A DNA stretch of 64,000 nucleotides from a virus. Below the pieces are notes generated by a model, which worked only from the letters and a program-made list of their open reading frames with translations, made no database searches and was not told the DNA's origin. Within the stretch, counting starts at the first letter, position 1; every line of letters begins with the position of its first letter. The DNA lies in the IMG/VR virus record IMGVR_UViG_3300033981_002321, positions 11,394 through 75,393 of that record. The stretch is one strand, 5' to 3'. The translations under genes were made by a program, and so were the position numbers. Below, one piece after another: positions 20,707 through 31,961 of this stretch.

Positions 20707-21366
20707 ATGTCCAAAAAACAGCTATTTCTTTGCGTTCTCCCCTTTTCTGGTTTCTACAATAGCTCTCACGACGAGGCTATCGACAATCAAGAAGAGCAGA
20801 TGTTCAGCTTTGATGATGGAAAAGTACACGATTCTCTTTACGAGCACTACTGGAAACACATGGACCACGGAGAGCTTTACGAGAAGTATGCAGAGTCCTA
20901 CGTTGAAGCTATTTCGGAGTTGACGGAACTTGATCTTGAGTTTGATGGGCTGAGTTCCCCCAGGGAATACAACTTCACGACAGACAGAATCTTTGCGTCC
21001 ATCTCTCGCAAGTCACTCGCAGAAGTCATTCGAGCCGTGAGGGGGGGGCGATTAAAGAAGATGGCGAAAGAGATGTTTACCAGTCGCTCTGGATTCATCA
21101 GTTACTATTCGCCCGATGTCTCCGAGTGGGGGCGGGTAGAGGATTGGGACCACAATCAGATACTGTGTGCCCTTGAGGCGTACTTCCAGCATCTGAATCA
21201 TGGGAGCAGTATGCTTCTGGAGGATCAAGCACTGGATCGCATCTGTGAGGGCGGTGCCCTGGATGAGCTGATTTACAATTCCGCCCCCGTCGAATCTAGG
21301 CGTGCCCTGGATGTTTTCGGTTATCTCAGAATGAGGCAGGAGAGAAGGCTCTATGTCGCTAACTAA
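20707..21366 (+). CDS. Conserved acidic MGE protein (family sometimes labelled antirestriction)
   Basis: 'PFSGFY.S.H...SPREYNFTTDRIF...FTSRSGFISYY...WDHN' motifs; the functional label is from recall only. Confidence 0.55.
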   Translation: MSKKQLFLCVLPFSGFYNSSHDEAIDNQEEQMFSFDDGKVHDSLYEHYWKHMDHGELYEKYAESYVEAISELTELDLEFDGLSSPREYNFTTDRIFASISRKSLAEVIRAVRGGRLKKMAKEMFTSRSGFISYYSPDVSEWGRVEDWDHNQILCALEAYFQHLNHGSSMLLEDQALDRICEGGALDELIYNSAPVESRRALDVFGYLRMRQERRLYVAN

Positions 21367-21969
21367 ACGCCAGCGTCAGATCATCTTAATGAGTCTGACC
21401 TTCTTTTACAATTATGGGCCAAGGTTCGTATCACTTATCAAAGAGAGATACCCTGGGCACAAAGAAGATAACTTGCTGGCGTGGGACAAGTTGCAAGATG
21501 AGATCGCTGAACTCAGAACTGAGTTGACGATTAAGTTTCACGCTTCCCCGCCCCGAGACGGTTCCTCCCCGCCCCCCAAGGGTCTCTGAGCCCAGTCAGG
21601 ATCGCCCCTGAGCCCTTTGTTTCCCCTCGCCCGAGTCTTTCCCCGATTCGGGCTTTTGCCGCCCACGGGGGGATTTTGAGAGGGGCGAGAATCGATAGTC
21701 CAATCCAAAAACATGACAACCAAAAGCACGTCTTTGCGAATTGCACGAATTACAAAAAAGTTTTATGAGTTAAATCCTTGCAAAGGCAGAAGCAGGTATC
21801 TCTCTACAAAGGGAGGATTTACGGTCTGCGCTCGATGCTGTTGCATGAATCAGAGAAAGTTTGCGTTGAACGATCATTGGGAAGTTGTTGAAGACATGAA
21901 CAATGTCTCGTCTCCCTATCTTTTCTGCGATAATTGTGGGGATAGCATCCCTCGACTCAAAAGCCCGCC

Positions 21970-22572
21970 ATGAAAGTGCTAGTCGCCTGCGAGTTTTCCG
22001 GCAGAGTCAGAGAAGCTTTTGCAAGAAGGGGGCACTACGCTGTTTCTTGCGATTTGATCAAGACAGAGTTACCTGTTTCGGAAAACTCCAAACATTTTGT
22101 GGGCGATGTAAGAAAAATGCTTGACAGAGACTGGGACATGATTATTGCCTTTCCCCCTTGCACCTATTTAGCGAGGGTCAGTGTTCGCTGGCTGAAAATA
22201 CAGGAGGGGCGATGGGAAAAGATGCTGGACGCTGTAGAGTTTTTTAACTTGTTTCTGTCCTCCCCTTGCCCAAAGGTCTGTATCGAGAATCCAATAATGC
22301 ACGGAGAAGCGAGGTCTCGCTTGCTTGTCCAGGATTATACGCAGAAGGTTCAGCCATATTCTTTTGGGCATCCAGAGCAGAAGGCTACTTGCTTTTGGCT
22401 TAAGGGGCTTTCAAAGTTGAAGGCCACAGAGGATGTTCAGCACATTATGCGAGGAATGCACCCGAATCAAATACAAAGAAGTAATAATGAGCCGGATACA
22501 AAAGATCGGCAAAAGAATCGTAGTAGGACTTACTTGGGGATTGCAGAGGCGATGGCTGAGCAATGGGGTTAA
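21970..22572 (+). CDS. Short DNA cytosine methyltransferase-like protein
   Basis: 'VLVACEFSG', 'D..IAFPPCT' (catalytic PC), 'IENP', 'RS.TY.GIA.AMA.QWG'. Confidence 0.8.
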   Translation: MKVLVACEFSGRVREAFARRGHYAVSCDLIKTELPVSENSKHFVGDVRKMLDRDWDMIIAFPPCTYLARVSVRWLKIQEGRWEKMLDAVEFFNLFLSSPCPKVCIENPIMHGEARSRLLVQDYTQKVQPYSFGHPEQKATCFWLKGLSKLKATEDVQHIMRGMHPNQIQRSNNEPDTKDRQKNRSRTYLGIAEAMAEQWG

Positions 22573-22584
22573 GTTTGCAGTTGT

Positions 22585-22652
22585 TTTTATTTGTGCTTGA
22601 CACCACCCCCCTGGTGTGTTACAATTAAGGAGTGACGGGCAAGCCCTGTCAC
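22585..22652 (+). promoter_or_regulatory. Early promoter P3 plus 5' hairpin
   Basis: TTGACA 22597-17-TACAAT 22620; hairpin 22632-22652. Confidence 0.85.
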
Positions 22653-23439
22653 GTTTTACCGCTGCAAACTTATGAGTTTTTCGGCTTTTCAGTTAACTCG
22701 CAAGGAGGTTAGTTACGACGATTTTTTCTTGTCGGATATTGCAGTGCAAAACTGCATAGACGAAGAATGGTGGAGCATAGATCACAGGCCAGAAAGTTTT
22801 TTGATTTACGAAAATCATTTTTGGATTGCTTGTTTTGTGTATCCCAGTGTTTACTACCACACTCACATTGAATCTCGGTCGTATTCCTCTTTCTCTTTGC
22901 TAGAGCTTGAGAAGCTCTTGTTTCAGTTTTCTTGTATTGAATGTTGAATTCATTTTAGATCATGACTCCAAATTATTTTGCTGCCATCTGCTCCTCGTTT
23001 GACGTAGATCCTTCAATTGCGCTTGAAGACGATGAGGTTTGCGACCTATTGGCCAGTGATCTCATGGACCCGTTGGCTCAGAATCAGGCTCGTCTTGAAC
23101 AGATCCTTTGTGAAAACTTTTGATCTCATGAACATTTCCTCTGTCAGCAGCTTTACCGTGCAAACAGAAAAGCGTGTTACGGAAACCCGTCGAGACGCTT
23201 TTTCTGTTGATGGCCTTCACTGGCGTTACATTCGCAGAGATCGCCAGGGCAAGATTCTTCACTCTTTCTCGATTCTTGAGTCAACTGCACAAATTGCTTT
23301 ACAGAAAGCATTGCAGTTGCAGCACGACAGGCCTGATCTTGTTCGTGTTGAAGTTCAGAAGTTCTCTTACACGAGAGAGTTTCAAGAAAAGTTGCGACTC
23401 ATTGCACCCTCCTCTCCGTACACCAACCACTGATTTGTC

Positions 23440-23799
23440 ATGGCTATTGCACAACTGGACATCAATCTCGACAACGATGTATTTGATGGCCGCTCAAATC
23501 GCTCGCAGGAGCTTGCTCGAATCTATCGAGAGCTTGCTTCTCGCATTGAAGAATCTCAGCCCTCTGTTGGTGATTCTTTTGTTGTTCGAGACTTCAACGG
23601 CAACTCTGTTGGTCTTTTCGAGATCGGTGAAGAAACTCCGTGTAAGACTGTTGACAAGTTTGAGCTTGTCGAGAACATGCGCAAGTATGGCGGCAATTTT
23701 GTTAGCAAGCTCGCTGATGCTCTGATTGCTGCAGATCCTCAAAATGCAAAGAGGATCATGGAAGCTTTTCCTGACGTTGTTGAGAAGTATTCCGAATGA
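23440..23799 (+). CDS. Conserved phage hypothetical protein
   Basis: C-terminal 'M.KYGGNFVSKLA.A...ADP.N..RI..AFP....KY' family motif. Confidence 0.75.
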   Translation: MAIAQLDINLDNDVFDGRSNRSQELARIYRELASRIEESQPSVGDSFVVRDFNGNSVGLFEIGEETPCKTVDKFELVENMRKYGGNFVSKLADALIAADPQNAKRIMEAFPDVVEKYSE

Positions 23800-24060
23800 G
23801 CAAGCTTTGCATTGACTGCAAGTGGCATGAGCCCTTCACGATGTCTTCTTGTCGCATCGAGAGTCTTGATCGCTGCCTAAGGCCGCAGAGTGGGCCAGTT
23901 AGCCCAATCTCTGGCCAGCAAGAGAAAAGATTCTGCTCGGTGGAAAGAGCTTACACGCATAGCAAAATGTGCGGCCCTTGCGGTCGCTTCTGGGAACCAG
24001 GACGCTGAAGCGCAGGCATCTCGGCTAATTCACTTCTTTGTTTTATTTTCACTTAGATCA

Positions 24061-24837
24061 ATGACTGTTTTTACTTTCGACCACGCCCAGGAGATTCTAG
24101 CTGCGCAAGAAAAGCGTGGCTTTGACAAGAAAAAACTCGCCAACAACACTTACCTCACCAAGAAGGACGATGCTTTTGTCATTCGTCTTCACGATACTGA
24201 CATTGTGAAGATCAAAGAAGAGAGCAGTCAAACCTTCTTTACTGTCAACACTGACGGCTGGATGACTTCTGCAACAAAAGAACGCATCAATTCTTTCACG
24301 CCCCTGCGAATCTTTCAGAAGCGTGGCGTTTGGTACGTCCATCAGCAAGTTGATGGACGAGAAGAGGTTGTGCAGTTCTTTGATGGAATGACTGTTGATC
24401 AGTCGGGGCGAGTGGTTAATTCTGCCGAGGCTTCTCTTGATAGAATTGAGGTGGGGCGGAAGCTGGATCAGATGATCACGGACTACATCAAGAAGTTCTG
24501 TGATCAATCAATCAAAGAGGGATTGCCGCTACCCAATGCTGGAGATTGCTGGCTTTGCAAGATTTACTCACAAGCCAAAAGTGAACAGAGAAATCTGGAT
24601 GGCATGGATCATGTTTACTCTCACCTAGAGGAAACCTATATCCATGGCAGCTTTCTTGTTTATGCTGCCACCGTTGCAGGCTATAGCAATCCGGGTTTCA
24701 TCTTTGCGCTCATCCAGCAAGACTGCCAGCGTGGCGACGTGACAATGCTCAAGCGGGTTTTCAGAAGCTTCTTCAAGAAAGTGCGGCAGAAGTTGCTGAA
24801 GTTTGCTGAGCAAGAAATTGAGTTGGGGGCGGAATAA
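24061..24837 (+). CDS. Conserved phage hypothetical protein
   Basis: 'LANNTYL...IRLH.TDIV...GW.T..TKERIN' motif. Confidence 0.8.
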   Translation: MTVFTFDHAQEILAAQEKRGFDKKKLANNTYLTKKDDAFVIRLHDTDIVKIKEESSQTFFTVNTDGWMTSATKERINSFTPLRIFQKRGVWYVHQQVDGREEVVQFFDGMTVDQSGRVVNSAEASLDRIEVGRKLDQMITDYIKKFCDQSIKEGLPLPNAGDCWLCKIYSQAKSEQRNLDGMDHVYSHLEETYIHGSFLVYAATVAGYSNPGFIFALIQQDCQRGDVTMLKRVFRSFFKKVRQKLLKFAEQEIELGAE

Positions 24838-24921
24838 AACAAAGTTGGTTTTATCTGTGCTTGACACGGCACTGTCCATGTGGTACAATTAAAGAGTGAT
24901 GGGCAAGTTCTATCACTCTTT
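24825..24921 (+). promoter_or_regulatory. Early promoter P4 plus 5' hairpin
   Basis: GGGGGCG 24825; TTGACA 24861-17-TACAAT 24884; AAAGAGTGAT/ATCACTCTTT stem. Confidence 0.85.
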
Positions 24922-27160
24922 GTTCACTTCTTTCTTTTAGATTGTGGCTTATTTCTCTCGCTTGCAGATTTTGCAGAATCAGGTCGATTGCCGCAATCGG
25001 CTCAATGCGGAATCCGAAAAGTTCCGCGCCCAGCTCCAGGAAGTCTTCAGTCGGTTTGTCGGCAAGAAGATTTACAAGTTTACAGGTGGCTCTTTGTCCG
25101 CTTCCGTTCTTAAAGCAGTGGAGCCGATAATGGAAGAAGCAAGGGGCAAGGGGTTTCATTGCTGGTTCGAGTCTTTTCCGTTCGGCCCTGTTTACTTCAG
25201 TGTCCAAAGCTCCTACAGAACTTCTGACGTTTCAGTTAATTACTGCAAGGCGCAATTCTTTGTTGCGTGTTTCGACCGCGACACCGGCTTGATGACAGAG
25301 GAAACTCGCGAGTTCATCAAACATCGCTGTGACTACACATTGGAGGAAATCACCGCTGCTCGCAACAAGATTTCTGAGCTGGAAGAGCAGATTAGCTCTC
25401 TGAGGTCGAGTATTGCTGAGTTCAGCTTTGACTACTGTTGATCTTTTTCTTTCTTCAAAATCATGAGCATCTACGACGATCAGCGCGACGCAGACTATCT
25501 CGATTCAATGGCTGAACTTGAGCCGGAAGAGGCCGACGAAGACAGTGATTGGGGATGGGGCGGGGTTGAAGAAATCTCGAACGAAGAAAGACATGCCTGC
25601 GATCTTTACAACGAGAGGTATGTCATGCCCTACTACGATTGATTCTTCTTTCTCTTTTTTCTTGCACACACTTCTTTTGATTTTCCATCATGTCTGTCGA
25701 TCTTGAACAGCTCGCTCAAGAGTCTGCTTTGTTTCCCTGGTTAGATAGTGACTGCATGGCGGATCATGCGGTAGATTCAATATTTGTTGATCCCGGTTTC
25801 TGCAGCGAGGACTTCCTCGATGAAATCAGCAGCCTGAGAGATTCGGAGGATTTTGGAGACTTCGAGTAAACTGTAATCTTTCTCGCCCCTAGCTTGATTT
25901 TCACTTCATCCTTCTCTACCATGGCAATCGACTATCGACAATTTGTTGACGACCGAGTTATTGAAATTGTTCGCATTGGAGTGGGCGAACGAGATATTAG
26001 AGCAAGTCGCCACTCTGATTTCAATGACATTAATCCTAGGCAGTGGGATTTAATTGCCCCCGCCGTTTCAAGATATATCGCTCCCGTTGTCAAAGCAGCC
26101 GGTTTTCCACTGACAATCTCTTTGTTGATCGGTATTCAGAAAGAAGCTGCTCGTTTTATCAGAGCGGAGGGAGAGGCGAAATGAATGTTCGCGATGAATT
26201 TGCTGTCACTCAAATACGAAAGGCAAACCTTGCTTACATCAAGAGCATTGATGATGCTGCTGCTTTGTTTCGAGAGGGCACGCTGGAACCTTTCTGCAAA
26301 GAGAATGAAATTGATTTCATCTCTGGGGCGGAGAAGTATTTCTTTCATCGCCCATCAGAAGATTTCTTCGTAGCAGGAGAGGGCGACATTCTCTCTCTCC
26401 CGCCAGACTGGCTAGCGCTTGGAAATGAGCTGAGGGGCTTATTCTCCGTGCTTGATGAGGATCTTCTCAACGGTCGCCGATTTGGCAATCATGTGAGAAG
26501 TGTCATTGAGATTCCTTTCTGATTTTTACTTCACTCAATTGCTTTAGATCAATGTCTACTTGCTATTTCGGGGCGAAAATGAATCAAGCTCCCGAGCAAA
26601 AACTTACCTGGACAAATCTTTCCCGTGGTTTCCAAGGGGGATTTCATACCAGTGACGAGATCACTGTGTTTCAGCTGGGGGCGGAAAGATCAACAATAAC
26701 TTTCCTGGTGAAAGAGTTTGACGCTCACGAGTCGAACGAATCCTTCTTTGTTCTGCTTTGCACAATCAAAGATTTTCGCTTCGATGATTGTACTCTTGAG
26801 AGCAATTGGTGTTTGGGCGAGGATTTCTATCAGGCCCAGCACGCGATTGACTTCGCGGATCATGTGGTCGAGAGTTACAGAAAGTACGGGGATCTTTCGA
26901 GGTTGCCAATGAAGGACCTGGACCATTGGGCTTTTGACCGTCTTTGATTTCCATGAAAAAAGCTGATTTTGGTTTTTCTGTTGGTTCTGTTTTTGCTGAT
27001 GGTAGCAACAACCGGTGGAGAGTTGTTGAGACGAAATCCAATTGCGTTATTCTGCAGAGCTTGTATTTGAACAATCCCAAAACAATGAGGATAAAGCCTA
27101 GTCGTCTGCTCAAGTCGTTTACTCAACTGAACTAAGTTTTGCTAGCAAGTTCTTGCTTGC

Positions 27161-27230
27161 TTTTATTTGTGCTTGACACCGCACCCGTCATGTGTTACAA
27201 TTAAAACATGGCGGGCAAGGTATGCTCGTC
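27161..27230 (+). promoter_or_regulatory. Early promoter P5 plus 5' hairpin
   Basis: TTGACA 27173-17-TACAAT 27196; hairpin 27210-27230. Confidence 0.85.
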
Positions 27231-27816
27231 TTTGTTCACTTTCTTTTTTCAGATCAATGACAAAACAAGATTATGAATTGATCGACCTTGTGGTTGATCG
27301 AATCAACTGGGACAAAATCCAGTCTATTTTTTCTTTTCTTGACTGGAAGTGGGCGATTGTTGGAACCAGCGAATACAGGGTTCCGCTTGTTGCAGACCTG
27401 AGAGAACAAGCTTCTCGACTGTGCAGAGAGGCAATTTGGCAAAAGACAACTGTTTCCGCTGGTGGGCTCGAAGCTAAGTACAGCGAACTTGAGGACAGGC
27501 GTGTTTTGTCGCTTCGCTTGGTAGTCAACGAGGTTTCCGAGACTGATTACCTGCAGTCTTTTTACGACAGGTAATCTCACAAGCCAAAATCAATCAATTC
27601 GTTTTCACCATGCAAGCCATCAACAACTTTCTCGCCAGCAGCAAATTTCCCGTGGCCCTTGCGGTTCTTGCGGTTTTTCTTTTGATTCTCGGATCTTTCT
27701 GGGGTCAAGAGAAGCAACTGATGCAGCGTTGCGAGCAAAGAGACAATGTTGTTTCTTGCCGCCTTCAGATTGTGGGGCGCTGATCTTTTCACTTTTTTCA
27801 TTTACTTCTTCTCGCC

Positions 27817-28353
27817 ATGACACTTCTTTCTGGAATCGACTACGGCCACAAAATGACGAACATCGACAGCGAAACAGGTATTCGCTATGGGGTGATTAAT
27901 AGCAACAGATTGGCTTCTCACGCTTGGGATGAGATAACCGCCAGCGGTACAGATTTGGATTATCGAGATGCCATCGAGGGATTGACCCAAGATTTGACCA
28001 ACAGCCTAAAATCTGTCTTGGCAGATTATGACTCTGGCTTTGACTGCAGGCAGGCCGCAGAAGGAATTGTGGAAGAGCTGGACCTGAATCTTGAGTCTAC
28101 CGGCGATTGCACCAGATACGAATACTCTGATGACGACGTAACTTTCACGGTCTGCTCTGACGGAGATATTTTCGTAACCAAGTCTAAGTTCTATGCGCTC
28201 CGTGGGTTTTGTTCGCCGTGTGCGCCGGGGGCGGGACATTTGGAAAGTGACGGCGAGGTTATGACGTATTGCTTGGGGCCTGATTGGTTTGACTCAGATA
28301 ACCCAATGCCGTACTCCTGCTTCAGTGTGGAAAATGACGCGGAGGTTGCCTAG
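27817..28353 (+). CDS. Conserved acidic phage hypothetical protein
   Basis: 'NID..TGIRYGVI...CSPC.PGAG.L......YCL..DWF' pattern. Confidence 0.75.
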   Translation: MTLLSGIDYGHKMTNIDSETGIRYGVINSNRLASHAWDEITASGTDLDYRDAIEGLTQDLTNSLKSVLADYDSGFDCRQAAEGIVEELDLNLESTGDCTRYEYSDDDVTFTVCSDGDIFVTKSKFYALRGFCSPCAPGAGHLESDGEVMTYCLGPDWFDSDNPMPYSCFSVENDAEVA

Positions 28354-28561
28354 TCATGATTGATTACGACCATCGCTTTCAGTTGAGATTTTTCTGCATT
28401 GAGGAAGACGATTCTATAAATTATGTCTCGGAGGGCTTCTTTGAGACACTGGAGCAGGCTCTTGATCGTCTTGAAAATATAGGCTCTCGATGGATTTTCT
28501 ATCCCCATGCGGATATTGTTCATCAGGGCAAAGTCGTTGAAACCTTTATTTCCCCAGAGCA

Positions 28562-29158
28562 ATGATCGAATCCTTCAAGGTCAATCAGCTTACAGTCGAG
28601 ATCCATCAAGACAGCGATCCCATGGACCCTAGAGAGTGGGATAATGTTGGCAAGATGGTTTGCTGGCATCGCAGGCATCTTCTCGGAGACGAACAGCCAA
28701 AGTGCTCGCCGTCCGAGTATTTGTTTCAATTGATGCGTGAAAGAGAGTTCGACAAATATCGAAAGTATCTGCCCGATGAAGAAGTCGTGGGCGAGGAAAA
28801 CATCAGAAAGTACATCGAGAAGCATTTTTATGTTTTGCCGCTGTATCTTCACGATCACAGTGGAATCACGATGTCAACTTCTAGGCTTTCCTGCCCCTGG
28901 GATAGCGGGCAAGTTGGGTTTATTTACGCTCCGATGGAGTGTGACGAATATCCTGACATGGAGAAAGGATTAGTTGGAGAAGTCGAGATCTATGATAAGT
29001 ATCTGCAAGGCGATTTTTATGTTTACGACATAAAGGATGAGCATGGCAACGTGCTCGATAGCTGTGGGGGTTACTGCGATTTTTCCGATTGCAAAGAGCA
29101 GGGCGGGATTGAGGCTGAGTCTTTGTCTCAGAAGCTTTGCGTTGCTGCTGGTATCTAG
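28562..29158 (+). CDS. Conserved MGE hypothetical protein
   Basis: 'PREWDN.G.M.C.HR...LPLYL.DHSGI...WDSGQVG...DSC.G.' family motifs. Confidence 0.8.
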   Translation: MIESFKVNQLTVEIHQDSDPMDPREWDNVGKMVCWHRRHLLGDEQPKCSPSEYLFQLMREREFDKYRKYLPDEEVVGEENIRKYIEKHFYVLPLYLHDHSGITMSTSRLSCPWDSGQVGFIYAPMECDEYPDMEKGLVGEVEIYDKYLQGDFYVYDIKDEHGNVLDSCGGYCDFSDCKEQGGIEAESLSQKLCVAAGI

Positions 29159-29164
29159 TTTGTC

Positions 29165-29259
29165 GGGGGCGAAAAGTAAAAGTCTCTTTTATTTGTACTT
29201 GACATTCGCCCCTGCGTAAGGTACAATTAAGACATGGCAGGCAAGGTCTGTCATGTCTT
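29165..29259 (+). promoter_or_regulatory. Early promoter P6 plus 5' hairpin
   Basis: GGGGGCG 29165; TTGACA 29199-17-TACAAT 29222; 14-bp stem 29229-29259. Confidence 0.85.
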
Positions 29260-30589
29260 GTTTCTTCATTTTTATCATGAAAACAATTCATCTGACTGTT
29301 CAGCTTCGCATCAATGACAATGCTGATCCGTACGAAGTTGCGGAAAATCTTGATTACAGTTTTACGCACGAAGACATTCTCGACACCGAGATTGTGAATG
29401 TCTGCGACGAAAACAACGTAGACATTTTCTAGTTTCTGCTCTTGCTGTTTATTTTTTTCTGCTATGGCAAACGATCTCTGGCCCCATGGTTTTCCTGGGG
29501 AAGATTTTGAGCAGTGGATCTCAAGCTGCCCAGTCGAATGGATAAGATTGGAGGTTGCTGAGGGCTCGGCAACTTACAAGTTTATCCTGCCCGAGCAGGA
29601 GGACGACGACGAAGAAAAAGGTCCATTCGAGGCCTATCTTCTTGTGGAAGATTGCCGAACTGGGCAAGAGTGGGTTGTGGAGTTTGACGAAGATTCCACA
29701 CTTGATCTCAGGGAGCAGGTTGAAGCATGGGCCGAAGAAGAGTTCTGCGGAGAGTTGAGGATCGCTGGTGAATTAACGCCAGCCCTCCAAGGCGATTATT
29801 ACGCCCAAATCAAAACAGATTGGAGCCCGAAAAGCTCTGTTGTTTGCTGGGAGTCTGGGGGATTTTACCTCAGGGAATCTCAGCCTCCTTTCTAGTTCCT
29901 TTCTATTGGTTTTAACATGTCTACTTACGAGCAACAAGATCCTTTTGGTATTTCAGTCCTGGAAAAAGCAAGCAAGACCTTTCCGGGTTTCGCAATTACA
30001 ATTTCTCATTTACCTGTCAAGGTCAATGACGAAGTTTGTGAGTATCAGTGGTTCGGCACCGTTTACAATGTTCAGATGGAGGTGGTTTTCGAGGTCTCCC
30101 ACTGCGACTGTCTTGAGGAGGTTTTGTTTGAATTGTCTCGCCAGATGGCTTATTATTAACGCAATTCTTGACCTCTAGTTGCAGAATCCTAGCCCTCTTT
30201 CTAGTTTTTAACTCTTTTCATTTTTACCCATTTTACAATGGCTCTCATCACTTTTGACTACAAAATTTCTTGGGACAACTTCCAGGATCTTTGCTGCACC
30301 GCTGGTTTCGGCGGTATCGACGGGTGGGCCCACAAGTGGCACCTGAACAAAGAAAACAGAATGTTTACGATTGTGGACGAAGAGTTAGTACATCACTATG
30401 TTTCTCAGGCAAAGGTTGAGCAGGTTGTTGCCGATCTCTATAATCGCAAGAAGCCTTGCCCAGAGACAACCTGGAAGTCTATTGAGTGGGCAGTTCTCGA
30501 AGATGAGTACGGGGAGATTGATGCAGGCGATGTTGACATCATCTTTCAGTATGCTTGCTTTGGGGAGATTGTTTATGGTTGAGTTTGTT

Positions 30590-30683
30590 GGGGGCGGATA
30601 AAACAAAGTACGATTTATTTGTACTTGACACCGCCCCTTGCATGTGTTACAATTAAGGAGTGACGGGGCAAGGTCTGTCACTC
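30590..30683 (+). promoter_or_regulatory. Early promoter P7 plus 5' hairpin
   Basis: GGGGGCG 30590; TTGACA 30625-17-TACAAT 30648; GAGTGAC/GTCACTC stem. Confidence 0.85.
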
Positions 30684-31871
30684 TTTTGTTGTTTTTTTCT
30701 TTTTTCATTTTTTCAAGCCATGAGTTCTGTGGTTTTTTCTTCGGCTTCGGCCACCTGTTCTATTCCGCCCTCTCTTGCAAGTGTCAACGAAATTGCGCTA
30801 TCCGTCTACGATTACTTGGTAAATCATCCAGAAGAAATCAATGACGACCTCAATGATCTTGGCGATGACTCGGATGAGTTTGTCGAAAACATCAGCAGCT
30901 ACTTAAGTCTTGATCGAGGCGTTCTTCAGATTGGCTATTCGACCGACGAGTCATTTAATGACAACTCGGCTGTTTTTGATTTTCTCTCGCATCATTTTTC
31001 CTGTTTGCAAACCTCTCTTTTTATGAAGGTTGTCTGGATTGTCGCAGACACTAAATCCTATTCTGCGGGGACGGATTACTACGACAGATCGGGGCAGAGG
31101 ATTAACGTGGATTTTATACTAGCCGGTGTTCTTGGTAGCATCACATACTGATTCTTTCCCACTTGTTTCTCAAGACTCATGAAGACCTACAAGCTTCAAA
31201 TCAGAGAGCATTTCGAGTTTGGCGGAAACGGGATCGTCTTTGTTGGCGGTCTCGGTGGCCGGGATTATTTTGAGCCTGGTCTGAGCGGCGAGCAGATTGC
31301 TCACGACATTCTTGAGCATCCGGCAGCCCCACACCCAAATGGAATCATCGACGAATTACTGGCTTTAGGGGGTTTTCTTGCTGGAAGAATCCAACATGGT
31401 TATATGAATCCGGGCGGGAGAGAATTGTCAATGGATGATCTTGGATCGGATATTTCCTTTATGGCAAAGAGCTGCCTTGATAATTCCGTGCCTTTCTGTG
31501 CCAAGCCTTGCAATAGTTTTCTCAGAGATTCCGAGACGATGGAGGCTATCAGGAAGTCCGTCGTGGGCGGACTCAGAGAAGCGTGGCAGGAATATTGCGA
31601 CAACAAAATGCTGGAAAACAACAACATTGAAGATCTCTTCGATGTAGATTCCACGGTTGGCTGGATCTGCAAGGGAGTTCAGGTGTTCAGGAAGAGATTT
31701 TCTTCCGTGAGCATTTTTGATTTATCAAATTACTTGTTTCCCGCCATTGCAAAAGAGTGCGACAAGTGGCTGCAGGGCGATGTTCAAGTTGGCGATGAGG
31801 CAAAGTTGATTGTTGATATTTCTGGAATGAGAGCGGAGCTAATTGAAGAGCGCGACTATTATTGATTGTGT

Positions 31872-31961
31872 GGGGGCGGGAAAATGAAAGTATGATTTGT
31901 TTGTACTTGACAGCGCCCTCTGCATAGTGTATAATTAAGACAGGTGGGCCGAGGTCTGCCT
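31872..31961 (+). promoter_or_regulatory. Early promoter P8 plus 5' hairpin
   Basis: GGGGGCG 31872; TTGACA 31907-17-TATAAT 31930; hairpin 31942-31961. Confidence 0.85.

Noticed and set aside
17215-31961. Repeated cassettes as integron attC sites or CRISPR repeats
   Set aside because: No RYYYAAC/GTTRRRY ends and no integrase; the conserved parts are -35/-10 boxes at exactly 17 bp.
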